Program-made: the position numbers and the translations under genes
In this document: positions 9,936-19,500 of the stretch, in pieces
Numbering within the stretch: position 1 is the first letter of the stretch
How the letters are laid out: each line of letters opens with the position of its first letter
The notes under the pieces: model-generated
The model's input: the letters and a program-made list of their open reading frames with translations, nothing else
Databases searched by the model: none
Told to the model about the DNA's origin: nothing
Assembly (NCBI GenBank): GCA_965243025.1
Contig: CBDETY010000003.1
Location: 3,488,001-3,552,000, forward strand
Source: Candidatus Latescibacterota bacterium
Lineage (GTDB): Bacteria > Latescibacterota > UBA2968 > UBA8231
Length of the DNA: 64,000 bases
Reading direction: 5' to 3'

Positions 9936-11030
9936 CTACCGAAGCTTGCCGCGGCCGAGGATCGGCCAGATGGTCTCGACGACCCCGTTGCGGACGCCGT
10001 AGAGGTGGTCGTGCAGGAACAGAGTGGCGTCTATGTACCCCAGCTGGAAGTCGAAAGCATCGCCAACCCGGACGTCGTGGTCAGGTCCGCGGAGCTTCAT
10101 CACCAGGTGTTCGGCCGATGTCGTAATCTCCTCTACATCCTCGATTCCCACTGCCACCGGCTGCCCCGGCCATGCGGGCAGCGCCTTGAAACCTGCGTCG
10201 AAGATCATCCGCTCTGGTACAGGCCGGCTCGTGACCGTCGAGCGCACGTAGATGCAGATGTCGGTCTCGACGTGGCGCAATGAATACCGGGGGTCGTTGA
10301 AGATCGCCCCACCGGCCTGGATCTCAGTGATTCCGTCCAGAAATGGCGTCACCTTGTAGGTACCGCTGCCCCCGCCGCTTACTATCGGAACCGGAAGTCC
10401 CGCGCTCCGGCACATTTCCGCGGATTCGACCAGCAGCCCGACGGACCGCTCGATGGCCTCCCGTTTCTCGCCTCGCTCGAAAAGACTCACAGCGTGTCCT
10501 TCCCAGGCCATCAGTCCCTGGTAGTCAATGCCTGCTGTTTCCGCTGCCAGTCGTGAGAGATCAACCGCGGCTTGCCCCGGGGCGGCACCGGCTCGCCCCA
10601 TGCCCGTGTCCACCTCGACCAGGACACCGACTTCCACCCCCTTTTCGACAGCCGCTTCCCCGATTGCAGAAAGGTTGTCCGGATTGTCCACGGCGACCTT
10701 GACGTCCACTTGCCGGCACAGGTTGGCGAGCCGTGCGACTTTCCGTGGCCCTACGACCTGGTTTGCCACCAGGATGTCCCGGATTCCGGCGGCCGCCATC
10801 ACCTCCGCCTCCCCAAGCTTCGCGCAGGTTACCCCGATTGCCCCGGCTGATATGGCCTGATGTGCGATGGCAGGTACTTTGATCCCCTTGGTGTGGGGGC
10901 GCCAGTCGACTCCTGCTTCGGAGAAATGCCGGGCGAGTTCGGCGATGTTCTTCTCCATCACGTCGAGGTCGACCCAGAGGAATGGCGTATCCAGCTCGTT
11001 CTTGTGTAACCCTGTCTCTCCCATATCCAT
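9936..11030 (-). CDS. DSD1 / D-threonine aldolase-like fold-type III PLP enzyme
   Basis: LDTPFLWVDLDVMEKNI, RPHTK (PLP Lys), CAKLGEAEVM, EVDTGMGRAG, MAWEGH, SGGGSGT, EIQAG, DAGFKA and SAEH. Confidence 0.85.
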   Translation of the reverse strand: MDMGETGLHKNELDTPFLWVDLDVMEKNIAELARHFSEAGVDWRPHTKGIKVPAIAHQAISAGAIGVTCAKLGEAEVMAAAGIRDILVANQVVGPRKVARLANLCRQVDVKVAVDNPDNLSAIGEAAVEKGVEVGVLVEVDTGMGRAGAAPGQAAVDLSRLAAETAGIDYQGLMAWEGHAVSLFERGEKREAIERSVGLLVESAEMCRSAGLPVPIVSGGGSGTYKVTPFLDGITEIQAGGAIFNDPRYSLRHVETDICIYVRSTVTSRPVPERMIFDAGFKALPAWPGQPVAVGIEDVEEITTSAEHLVMKLRGPDHDVRVGDAFDFQLGYIDATLFLHDHLYGVRNGVVETIWPILGRGKLR

Positions 11031-12917
11031 TTAATCCAACTCCTCAAAGGAGCCTTCCCTGTACATATAGGCCGAATCGTCGAAAATGTAGCGCTGGTGG
11101 AACTCGGACCAACGCGCACCACCGGCTACGACGAGGCGGCCGTTGAGGTCGCTGGCCGAACCCCAGGACTGCTCCGTCGGCAGATCGGGTCCTGGAAGCC
11201 ATTGGCCCTCTGCGGGGTCGTAGCGGAAGGTGCGCTTGATGCGAACCCCTCCCATCACCCAGATCTCGCCGTTGTGGGCTGCCACTTGAGCAGCCTGCGG
11301 CATATTTTGCAGACGGGGCAGCTCTTTCCAGATGCCGGTCTTCGCGTCGTACGAGAATCCTGCTTCCTTGGAGATGCAGTAAATGATTCCGTTGAGAGTC
11401 GCTCCAGCGAACTGACGCATCGGGTGCGGAAGAGGGTTCTCCATCCTCCAGCCGGGCTCCTCCGGACCGATGCTTTCGACCGATGCCATGGGGGAGGAGT
11501 TGTCGCTGGCCCCGCCGATCGCGTAGATCCTGCCAGCGGCGGTCACGACCACTGGCTCCATGCGCGCTTCGTTGAGCGCCGGCCCCCGGCGCCAGGCCGA
11601 GGTGCGGGGGTCGAAGATCTGAACGGCACCGGTCGGTACTCTCACCTCGTCGACATTGTCGGCGCCGCCGACGACCCAGACCTCCTGTTCCAGTGCGGCG
11701 ATCCCGTTGTAGCAGAGCTCGGCCTGCAGCTTCCCGGCAACCTCCCATGCTCCGGTGGCGTCGTCGTAGGCCCACAGCTCGTCGAACCAGTGATGCTCAG
11801 CCGGGTATCCCCAGCCACTGGTTACACCTCCCGCCGTGTAGAGACGGCCACCGATCTCGACGGAGAAGATGTCGTGGTTTCCTCCCGGCATCGGATTCAG
11901 GGCTTTCCAGTGGCGTTGCCAGGCCATTTCGTCCGCTTCCCTTCGATAGAGCCCGGTTCCCACGCTGAGCCACACGTTGCCGCGCGAATCGGAAACAGCC
12001 GCCTCTACAGGGGCCGGCAGCAGTTCGAGTGTAAGGTGGGCCATTTCCGCCCTGCCTTTGCCGCTGTTGTAATCTATCTCGATAACTTCTCCAGAGGCGA
12101 AACAAACCAGGGCCCTGCCATTCGGCGAACGGGCAAGAGCCGAAACTTCACCCGGGGGCAGGCTCAGCGTCGGCGGCAGCTCCATCCAGCCTTCATCTGT
12201 GCCCGGGTCGATACGGCGCAGGCCGCTCGGCCCCGCGATCCATACAAAGCCGACGGCATCCGCAAGAATGAACCTCCAGGATCTTCCTTCCGATGGGGTG
12301 ACATCCTGCCAGTGGGTCGGGTCGCCGGCGGACAGCACGAAAACCCTTGTATCCGGACCTCCCGCAGAGGTCAGGGACCAGGAGTTCCCGAACAGATCAC
12401 GAGTCATCGGCACCAGAAAGCCCCCCCCACCCGGAATGGGAACAGGATCGAATGTTCCATCTGCTCGCCTGAGGTTGGGGCATCCCTCGACACGGATCGC
12501 ACCATCCGTGGAGCGAACAACGTTTCCATTGCCGGTCGGCGCGCCACCGAAAGCGGCGGTAACCTCGATGGCCATGACCTCCAGTCCGTCAGTGGCAGCC
12601 GTAGATTCCTCAATTGACAGACGGAGGACACGCATGGCTTCTCCTCCAGCAACGAGGTAGACCAAACCCTCCAGGGAGGCAGCTGCGGAAGCAACAGTTC
12701 CCTCGTAGACCATCCGGACACTTTCCTCCAGGACCAGGGCCAAACCTGGCCGGGGCTCTTCGAGGACGACGAAAACGCGGCCATCCGAGTCCTCAACGAG
12801 CATCCGTGCCGGGCCGGGGAGCTTGGCTACGTGGGTCATCGATGTATCTACCTCTCCCGCCCGCACTGCGGAGCAAGTGAAAACGAAGGCCGCCGCCAAC
12901 GTGTTGGACAAACTCAT
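11031..12917 (-). CDS. Secreted double beta-propeller protein with C-terminal Kelch repeats
   Basis: Start ATG 12917 with a signal-like MSLSNTLAAAFVFTCSAVRA. N-terminal DxxGxxW repeats (DAVGFVW, DSRGNVW) are followed by Kelch units GRLYTAGG, EVWVVGG, GRIYAIGG, EIWVMGG and GRLVVAGG. Confidence 0.75.
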   Translation of the reverse strand: MSLSNTLAAAFVFTCSAVRAGEVDTSMTHVAKLPGPARMLVEDSDGRVFVVLEEPRPGLALVLEESVRMVYEGTVASAAASLEGLVYLVAGGEAMRVLRLSIEESTAATDGLEVMAIEVTAAFGGAPTGNGNVVRSTDGAIRVEGCPNLRRADGTFDPVPIPGGGGFLVPMTRDLFGNSWSLTSAGGPDTRVFVLSAGDPTHWQDVTPSEGRSWRFILADAVGFVWIAGPSGLRRIDPGTDEGWMELPPTLSLPPGEVSALARSPNGRALVCFASGEVIEIDYNSGKGRAEMAHLTLELLPAPVEAAVSDSRGNVWLSVGTGLYRREADEMAWQRHWKALNPMPGGNHDIFSVEIGGRLYTAGGVTSGWGYPAEHHWFDELWAYDDATGAWEVAGKLQAELCYNGIAALEQEVWVVGGADNVDEVRVPTGAVQIFDPRTSAWRRGPALNEARMEPVVVTAAGRIYAIGGASDNSSPMASVESIGPEEPGWRMENPLPHPMRQFAGATLNGIIYCISKEAGFSYDAKTGIWKELPRLQNMPQAAQVAAHNGEIWVMGGVRIKRTFRYDPAEGQWLPGPDLPTEQSWGSASDLNGRLVVAGGARWSEFHQRYIFDDSAYMYREGSFEELD

Positions 12918-13060
12918 TCGGTACCCCTCCAGAATGGGCGATCCTAACTTCGAGAATGGACCTCTGCTGTCAACGCGCTGTGCGGTTATCGTCCAGACCT
13001 TGACACACGCCGAAACCTGGTCAATGCTTGGTCCCAAGTCTCAACAGATGGAGGAATCTC

Positions 13061-13912
13061 GTGATTGTAGGATCGGCACCATACCAGTACGAGCGGGTCG
13101 AAGGCTGGGGACGCGGGCCTGATGGGCGTGTCATGGGGGTGAACTCGGGAATAGCCGTTGATTCAGCGGACCGGGTTTACGCAGTCGACCGCGAACCCGA
13201 ACCGGCCATCGTGGTGTTCGACCGGGATGGTCGCTACCTGACCTCGTGGGGTGAGGACCTGTTTTCCCTCCCACACGAAATCTGGATCTCTTCCGACGAT
13301 CGCCTTTTCATACCGGATTGCCGCGATCACAGTGTGCGAATCTGCACAACCGAGGGGGAGGTGCTTCAAACAATTGGAACCCCGGGCAACTGCGGCGCAC
13401 CGGGCGAGCCATTCAACATGCCTACAAGGGCGGTTCAGGCTCCTTCTGGAGACATTTTCGTAAGCGACGGCTACGGACAGCAGTTCGTTCACTGCTTCAG
13501 CTCTGACGGAACCTGGAAGCACTCCTGGGGCGGAAAGGGGTCCCTGCCGGGCCAATTTACGCTGCCACACAATATTTTCGTCACCCCCGACCAAAGAGTC
13601 GCCGTTGCCGATCGCGAACCAAACAACCGCCTCCAGTTCTTTGACAGTGGCGGCGGTTTTCTGGAAAAATGGCCGGGGCGCCTGTTTCCCTGTGGGCTTT
13701 TTATCGATTCCGATGGTACCGTTTTCGTCGCCGAGGGCGGCGGCGTGAGCATCTTCAGTCTAGAGGGGGGGCTGATTTCGCAGTTTGTCGTAACCGGGGG
13801 ACCGGCCGATCGACTTCATGGGGCTCATTCCCTGTGGGTTGATCGTCATGGAGACCTCTATGTTGGTGAAGTCGGCGTGGAAAACCTGGTCTTCAAATTC
13901 ACCCGCGTTTGA
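13061..13912 (+). CDS. NHL-repeat beta-propeller (peptidyl-alpha-hydroxyglycine alpha-amidating lyase-like)
   Basis: GTG 13061 follows a GGAGGA RBS. Repeats are GIAVDSADRVY, FSLPHEI, FNMPT..GDIFVSDGYG, GQFTLPHNI..VADRE and HSLWVDRHGDLYVGEV. Confidence 0.85.
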   Translation: MIVGSAPYQYERVEGWGRGPDGRVMGVNSGIAVDSADRVYAVDREPEPAIVVFDRDGRYLTSWGEDLFSLPHEIWISSDDRLFIPDCRDHSVRICTTEGEVLQTIGTPGNCGAPGEPFNMPTRAVQAPSGDIFVSDGYGQQFVHCFSSDGTWKHSWGGKGSLPGQFTLPHNIFVTPDQRVAVADREPNNRLQFFDSGGGFLEKWPGRLFPCGLFIDSDGTVFVAEGGGVSIFSLEGGLISQFVVTGGPADRLHGAHSLWVDRHGDLYVGEVGVENLVFKFTRV

Positions 13913-13991
13913 TACCTGCGCATTCATACCGTATACCGGAAACAGAACCGACCGCACAAGGCATGGATCTTCCAGCTGCTCATCCGGACAC

Positions 13992-14030
13992 AAAAAAGCC
14001 CGGCGATCAAAAAAAAGACCGCCGGGCTTT
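13992..14030 (-). terminator. Intrinsic terminator closing the exbB/exbD/DUF4159 operon (probably bidirectional)
   Basis: AAAGCCCGGCG...CGCCGGGCTTT inverted repeat, followed on the minus strand by a T6 run. It lies about 20 bp past the stop at 14052. Confidence 0.8.
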
Positions 14031-14051
14031 CTATTCAGCCTGAGCTATTCC

Positions 14052-15383
14052 CTACTGGGTGTACTGAGTTACATTGGCGATGCCGCCAGGTTGGGTCAGC
14101 GCGTAAACTATCAGATTGACCCCGAACTGCAGGCCGCGCTCTCTCGCATCGGCGTTGGGGTCCCCCCAATACCAACTGATGTTCAGGTCACTGAAAACCA
14201 CCGCGACCCGACCTCGAAGTTCAAGCATTTCAAGGTCGAATACGTTTCCCCCTGGAGCCCCACCCATCGGGGGACCGTCCTCAAAATCGAAAAAGCTGTA
14301 GTAGAGATCATGGTCCTTCGGAATTTTCTGCCATTTGCTGCCATCGCTTCCGAGTACCACGGGGTCCGACATCAGCGCCTTGAATTGCCGGTCGAAAAGA
14401 GTCCCCTGAACGCCGGCATTTTTATTGTCAAGACCGGTTTCCGGATCGGCCTGACGGATCTCTTCTGCAAAAAGAAAACCGCCATTCTTCAGGTACTCAC
14501 CGAGGTTTTCCTTCTCCGTGTTGGTAAATTGAAATACCGCATTGTTACCGGTCAGATAGATAAATGGCGCTTTCATCACGGTGGGATCACTGAGCCGTAA
14601 AGTAGTACCTTCGATACGTGCATTCACACGCGAGTGGTCGCGTATATAACGCATCAATTCCTCTACGGCGGTCGGAAAGCGATCAACACTTTTGTCGGCC
14701 AGATCGTAGTCGACCACCGTCATGTTGAAAAAGCCTTTGATGTTTCGCTTGTTGTCCGGATCCTGAATGAGGATCGCTTGGAAACGACCAAAGTCGAGAT
14801 CTCCGACGTTCAGCAGTTCCTGCTTCAGGCTCATGGCTTCCTGTACTGGTGCTGCAGTTTCGGTCAACTCGATCATTTCGACCTGGTCGAAGGCGAGTTC
14901 CTCTGCTTTTGCTCCACTGAAAGCCCCCAGAACCTGAGTGCCGGGCAAAACCGCGCCAAGGAGATCGCTTCCCACTGAGCTGACATCGACGATTGCGGAA
15001 ATATCTTCAGGTGCTTGCATTGCCTGGGAGAGCAACATCTCCATCTGGACTTCAGATATTTCCGGCTGTTTCGCGAGATCGAAGTTTTTCTGCAAAATGG
15101 GAGGGGGAGCCTGGAAGTAGATCAACTTTTCTTCCTCTTCTACCACCGTAAGCTGCATGTAGTAGGCGACTCCCCAAGCTCCGGCGTGGACAATCACGGA
15201 TAGAATCAGGGCGGCATTCAGGCCCAGGCGGCGTCCCGTCGTAGCTTTCCATAGCGCCATCAGGAGTACTGCAAGGGCGGCCGCGCCCACGGCGAACGCG
15301 AACCATTTCGAGATGATGAGCAGCAGGTGAATCAGTACTGCTACCCCGAAAATCGCGTATAGCTGTTTTTTTCGTTCGTCCAA
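14052..15383 (-). CDS. DUF4159-domain protein with N-terminal TM helices (TonB/TolA-like SxxxH) and an acidic linker
   Basis: The C-terminal part has PFIYLTG..EKENLGEYLKNGGFLFAE..HDLYYSFFDF..GRVAVVFS..QFGVNLIVYALT, the DUF4159 pattern. The N-terminal TMs include LILSVIVHAGAW, followed by EEEEK..APPPIL. Confidence 0.8.
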   Translation of the reverse strand: MDERKKQLYAIFGVAVLIHLLLIISKWFAFAVGAAALAVLLMALWKATTGRRLGLNAALILSVIVHAGAWGVAYYMQLTVVEEEEKLIYFQAPPPILQKNFDLAKQPEISEVQMEMLLSQAMQAPEDISAIVDVSSVGSDLLGAVLPGTQVLGAFSGAKAEELAFDQVEMIELTETAAPVQEAMSLKQELLNVGDLDFGRFQAILIQDPDNKRNIKGFFNMTVVDYDLADKSVDRFPTAVEELMRYIRDHSRVNARIEGTTLRLSDPTVMKAPFIYLTGNNAVFQFTNTEKENLGEYLKNGGFLFAEEIRQADPETGLDNKNAGVQGTLFDRQFKALMSDPVVLGSDGSKWQKIPKDHDLYYSFFDFEDGPPMGGAPGGNVFDLEMLELRGRVAVVFSDLNISWYWGDPNADARERGLQFGVNLIVYALTQPGGIANVTQYTQ

Positions 15384-15436
15384 AGTAATTCAGTCCTCAG
15401 CTCGGTGTTTGGCTCCGGTTTGCTCTACTCAGACGA

Positions 15437-15856
15437 CTATTTCCCGCGTCCTCTCTGCGGCTCCGTCGCAATCACTTGATCGACAATGCCTACCTGTCTG
15501 GCAATATCCATGATCTGAACGATCTGGCCGTGGGTAGCCCGTTCGTCACCTTGGATAATGATCAAGGTGGTGTTATCCAGCAGAGTCCTCTTGGCCTGCA
15601 GTTCCTCTTTGAGATTGGCAAATGTAACGCTCTTGTGGTTGAGCTTCATATTGCCATCCTGATCGACTACAATGAAGAGGTTTTCCTTCTCGGGAGCCTG
15701 AGACTCCTCTGCCTCCGGCAACTTGATGTCCAGACCAGGGGTGATTGCGAACACCGCCGTTACCATGAAGAAGATGAGAAGCTGGAACACCACATCGATC
15801 ATCGGTGTGAGGTCGGGCTTCTCGTCCTGACTTCCACGCTTTTGGACGGCTGCCAT
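15437..15856 (-). CDS. exbD: Biopolymer transporter ExbD/TolR
   Basis: DLTPMIDVVFQLLIFFMV with the essential TM Asp, plus IKLPEA and IQGDERATHGQIVQIMD. Confidence 0.92.
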   Translation of the reverse strand: MAAVQKRGSQDEKPDLTPMIDVVFQLLIFFMVTAVFAITPGLDIKLPEAEESQAPEKENLFIVVDQDGNMKLNHKSVTFANLKEELQAKRTLLDNTTLIIIQGDERATHGQIVQIMDIARQVGIVDQVIATEPQRGRGK

Positions 15857-15902
15857 CTTTCCTTGTCCCTCCCTACCTGATTATGAATGCAAGAATGCCC
15901 GC

Positions 15903-16556
15903 TCAGGCAGCTTGCGAGGACTGCCAACGACGAAGCAACGCGTCGACGAAGCCGTGTCCGTAAGCTTCGAACTGGACGTACCTGCTGTCGGCACGAGTGC
16001 TGAAGTAGGTGTAAATGGCGATCGAGGGCACGGCAATTACCAAGCCGGTAACCGTGGTGATCAGCGCTTCTGATATACCCGCTGCAACGATGGTCGGCTC
16101 ACCGAGACCCTTTTCCGCAATTCCCTCAAATGCCCGGATCATTCCGTTCACCGTTCCAAGCAATCCCAGCAGCACCACGGAGTTTGCAACGAACTGAATA
16201 ACCGACAAGTAGCGCTCCAGATAGCCAAGGGCGGCGCGCTCGACGGTACCGTTCATTTCCGCTCGCATTTCTTCCATTGTGCGCTGTTCTCTCGAAAGGT
16301 GCTCGAAGCGCTCGATACCTTCCAGGAAAACCTCACCTTCCAGCTTGCCCACCTCGCCGCAGTGCTCCCGCAACTGATCGAAACTAGTCCCCGAATCAAT
16401 TCGGGTATTCATGTCGTTGGTTGCCTCAGCCAGCTCTTCTTCGCTACGCATCCGCGAATACGTCCAAATCCTTTCAAGGAAGAACCCCACAGCCATAATC
16501 GACCAAAGGCCCAGCGGATACATGAAAGGTCCACCATCGCGAAAGAAATCTAACAT
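15903..16556 (-). CDS. exbB: MotA/TolQ/ExbB proton channel protein
   Basis: GGPFMYPL, LLGLLGTVNGMIRAF and GISEALITTVTGLVIAVP. It is adjacent to exbD. Confidence 0.92.
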   Translation of the reverse strand: MLDFFRDGGPFMYPLGLWSIMAVGFFLERIWTYSRMRSEEELAEATNDMNTRIDSGTSFDQLREHCGEVGKLEGEVFLEGIERFEHLSREQRTMEEMRAEMNGTVERAALGYLERYLSVIQFVANSVVLLGLLGTVNGMIRAFEGIAEKGLGEPTIVAAGISEALITTVTGLVIAVPSIAIYTYFSTRADSRYVQFEAYGHGFVDALLRRWQSSQAA

Positions 16557-16595
16557 GTGCTACAATCCTCCCTGTTAGAGCTGCAGGCTGGAAAG

Positions 16596-19500
16596 CTATA
16601 TGACGCGAGCTTCTTCCAGAGCTTGCAGCTGCTGCTTTGAAAAATCAACTTGAGGTGAGAATCTCGCCGCTTCGCTATACTTTTCCACCACTGTTTTGAA
16701 AACGTCCGCTGCCTTTCGATAGTCTTCCTGGGCCATGTAAGCGGCACCGATGTTGACGGCCGCGTTCACGGCTTGATCGCTTTCCGGATACTTATCCAGA
16801 ACCTGCTGGAAAATCTGGATTGCCTCAACATACTGTTCCTTGTCGAACAGCTTCTCCCCTTCCGCGTAGACGTTGTAAGCGTCGATCTCCGAGAGGTGAC
16901 CGAGAAGGACTGTTGCTTTTCGACGCAACTTCTTGTCTTCGTCCTTCTTCAGACGGTCATCGGGATAAATCTCCAGAAACCTCTGGTAACTCTCGGTCGC
17001 TTTATCGTAGACTTTCTCACTGTAGTAGAAATCGCCGAGCGTGAACTGACTTTTTGGACCGTAGTAACCGTCGGGATGTTTGTCCACGATCCGTTCGAAT
17101 ATCGGCAAGGCCTCTTCCTTTCGGCCCAAATGAATCAGAGCCCACGCCTTGTTGTAGAGGGCGTCATCCACGTATTCCGATCTCGAATACCGACTCAGGA
17201 CGCGGTCGTATTTCCCCATCGCTTCTGAAAAGATCTTGTTCTTTTCCTCCCTCATCAGACCTTGGGCCAGGTTGAAAACCGCTTCTCCTGACCGGAACAG
17301 AGCTTCCGGGGCAAAGCGGGACGTTGGATAGCTCTTGGCCAGCTGATCGAATGCAGTGCTCGCTTCACGCCATTTCCCCATGCGGTAACTCGCCCAGGCA
17401 TCGTAGTAGTGAGCGTATACCGCTTTCTCATCGTCCGGATAAGTCTGGTGGTATTTCCGGAAGGCTTCCACCATCAAAGGAAGGTACTGGACGTTGCCCC
17501 CTCCTGACAGTGAGTTATAGGCCACACCAATCTGGAACTGAGCATTCCTGGCCCAGCCAATTTGAGGATAATTGTCGATGATGGTTTGGTATGTGGCGAT
17601 CGCCTGCTCGAGGTTTCCCGAGCGGAAAAAGCTGTTTGCCTGCACGAACAGCGCATTTGAAATGCTTTCGACATCGACGGCAAGATCGATGAGCTGTTGT
17701 GATGCCTGGATGCTACGATCGTATTGCTCCAATCTGAAATACGCGCTTGCCAGACGGATCAGCACACGCACCTTGTCTTCTTCGGATTGCAGCTTCTCCA
17801 GCATGTTTTCATAGGTGCGTATCGCATCTTGCGGATCTTGTTTCTCAGCCATCGAAATCAGCTGCAGTTGAGCATTGCGCGCCAGCGTCTCATCTCCTGA
17901 ATCGATGACCTTGTTCAGCAGTTCAGTGGCTTCGTCATCCTTGCCTTGAGCAGACAACGAGAGCGCCATGGAGAACTCCACCTTCAGAACCATTGTTTCC
18001 GGAAGGTCGGATTCAAGAAGCCACATGTAGTCCGCGACTGCGTTGGTGTATCGATTGGCGTAATGATAGGCAAGGCCGCGGCCATAATGTGCATCCCGTA
18101 CGACCCCGGCTTCCGGGTATTCCTCGATTACCTTCGTGTACCTTGAAATGGCGTCGACGTAGTTTTTGTTGTTCAGGTCCAACTGGGCGATCTGGTAGTG
18201 AGCGGTGGCTTCGAGATCGCGATCTCCGCTAACTCCCGCCAACAACTCGCTCAGAAGTTCTTTGCCCTGCTCCGGCCGCCCTTCTCCGATATGGATATTT
18301 GCCGCTTCGACCAACGATGCAACGTATACTTCTCGCGCTTTCCGTCCCACCCGCGAAAAAGCTGCAATAGCTTCCTCAAGTCTCCCAGCTTGTTTATAGA
18401 GGATCCCCAAGCCATAATTCCCGTCTGCCGCATGTTTTGTGTCACCGTAGTTTTCAGCGATCGTCTCATAGGCTGAAATTGCTTCCTCAAAGCGCTGTTG
18501 CTCGGTGTTTACCCGCCCGATTCGCAACAGACATAGCGGTGCCTGATTGGATCTCGGAAAACTCTCGACGACCTCTGTATAAAGGCTCTGAGCCTCTTCA
18601 TAATCCCCCAGTTTTTCCGACGACCATCCTGCACTGTAGAGCGCCTGAGCGCGAAGCGAAGTTTCGCTGTCGGGGTAATTCTGCGTCACGAGCCGGTATT
18701 CGGTGCGAGCCTCCTCGTAACTCCCAGCGAAGTAACGCGCTTCTCCCTTCTGATACTGGGCGTTGGCTGGATAAGGGGTATCGCCATAAAGGGTGATCAC
18801 CTGGTTGTAAGTGTTCCAGGCATCGTCAAAGCGCTCCCATTCCATATAGTTATCGCCAAGGCGCATCTGCACTTTTGCCTTGTAGAACCGTTCCTCCGCT
18901 GTTTCCTGAGCGGAAATCAACTCTCTATAGGCTTCCTCGAATTCTCCCTGTTTTCGGTAGATTTCAGCAACCCGCAAGGATGACGTTTCAAACAACTGCC
19001 TGTAATTTTCAAAATCGACATTCTTGCCTTCGCGAAAAGACCCACGGAGCAATTCGTACATTCGGTCGTACAAATCACGCACCTCTCGATACGCTTCAAT
19101 CGCTTCGTTCGGCCGATCCATCTCGTCAAATGCCTGTGCTTTCAAGTATGTCGCTGAAGCAATTACAGGACTTAGCGGATAGCGGTCGAGTACAGCCTGA
19201 GCTTCGTCCACCGAGCGCTGGTACTCAGCTTTTTCATAGTAACAGGAAGCGATGCGAAACTGAGAGTCCGGGGCATACCGGTCCTCGGGATACCTCTCCA
19301 GCATGCTTGTCAGGGTAGTGATGGACTGATCATAGGACTCGAGGTTGAACTCGCTCCAACCGGCGTAGAACAGAGACTCTCCAGCCAATTTCGAGTCGGG
19401 AAACATCTCGACATAGCGCTTGTACTCATCTGCGGCCTTGTCGAATTCTTTCTGGAGGAAACGAGTTTCCGCAACACGGAATTGGACGAGCTGTCTGAAA

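Noticed and set aside
15437-16556. Calling the motor genes tolQ/tolR of a Tol-Pal system
   Set aside because: No tolB or pal is adjacent, and the third gene ends in DUF4159 rather than a TolA C-terminal domain.
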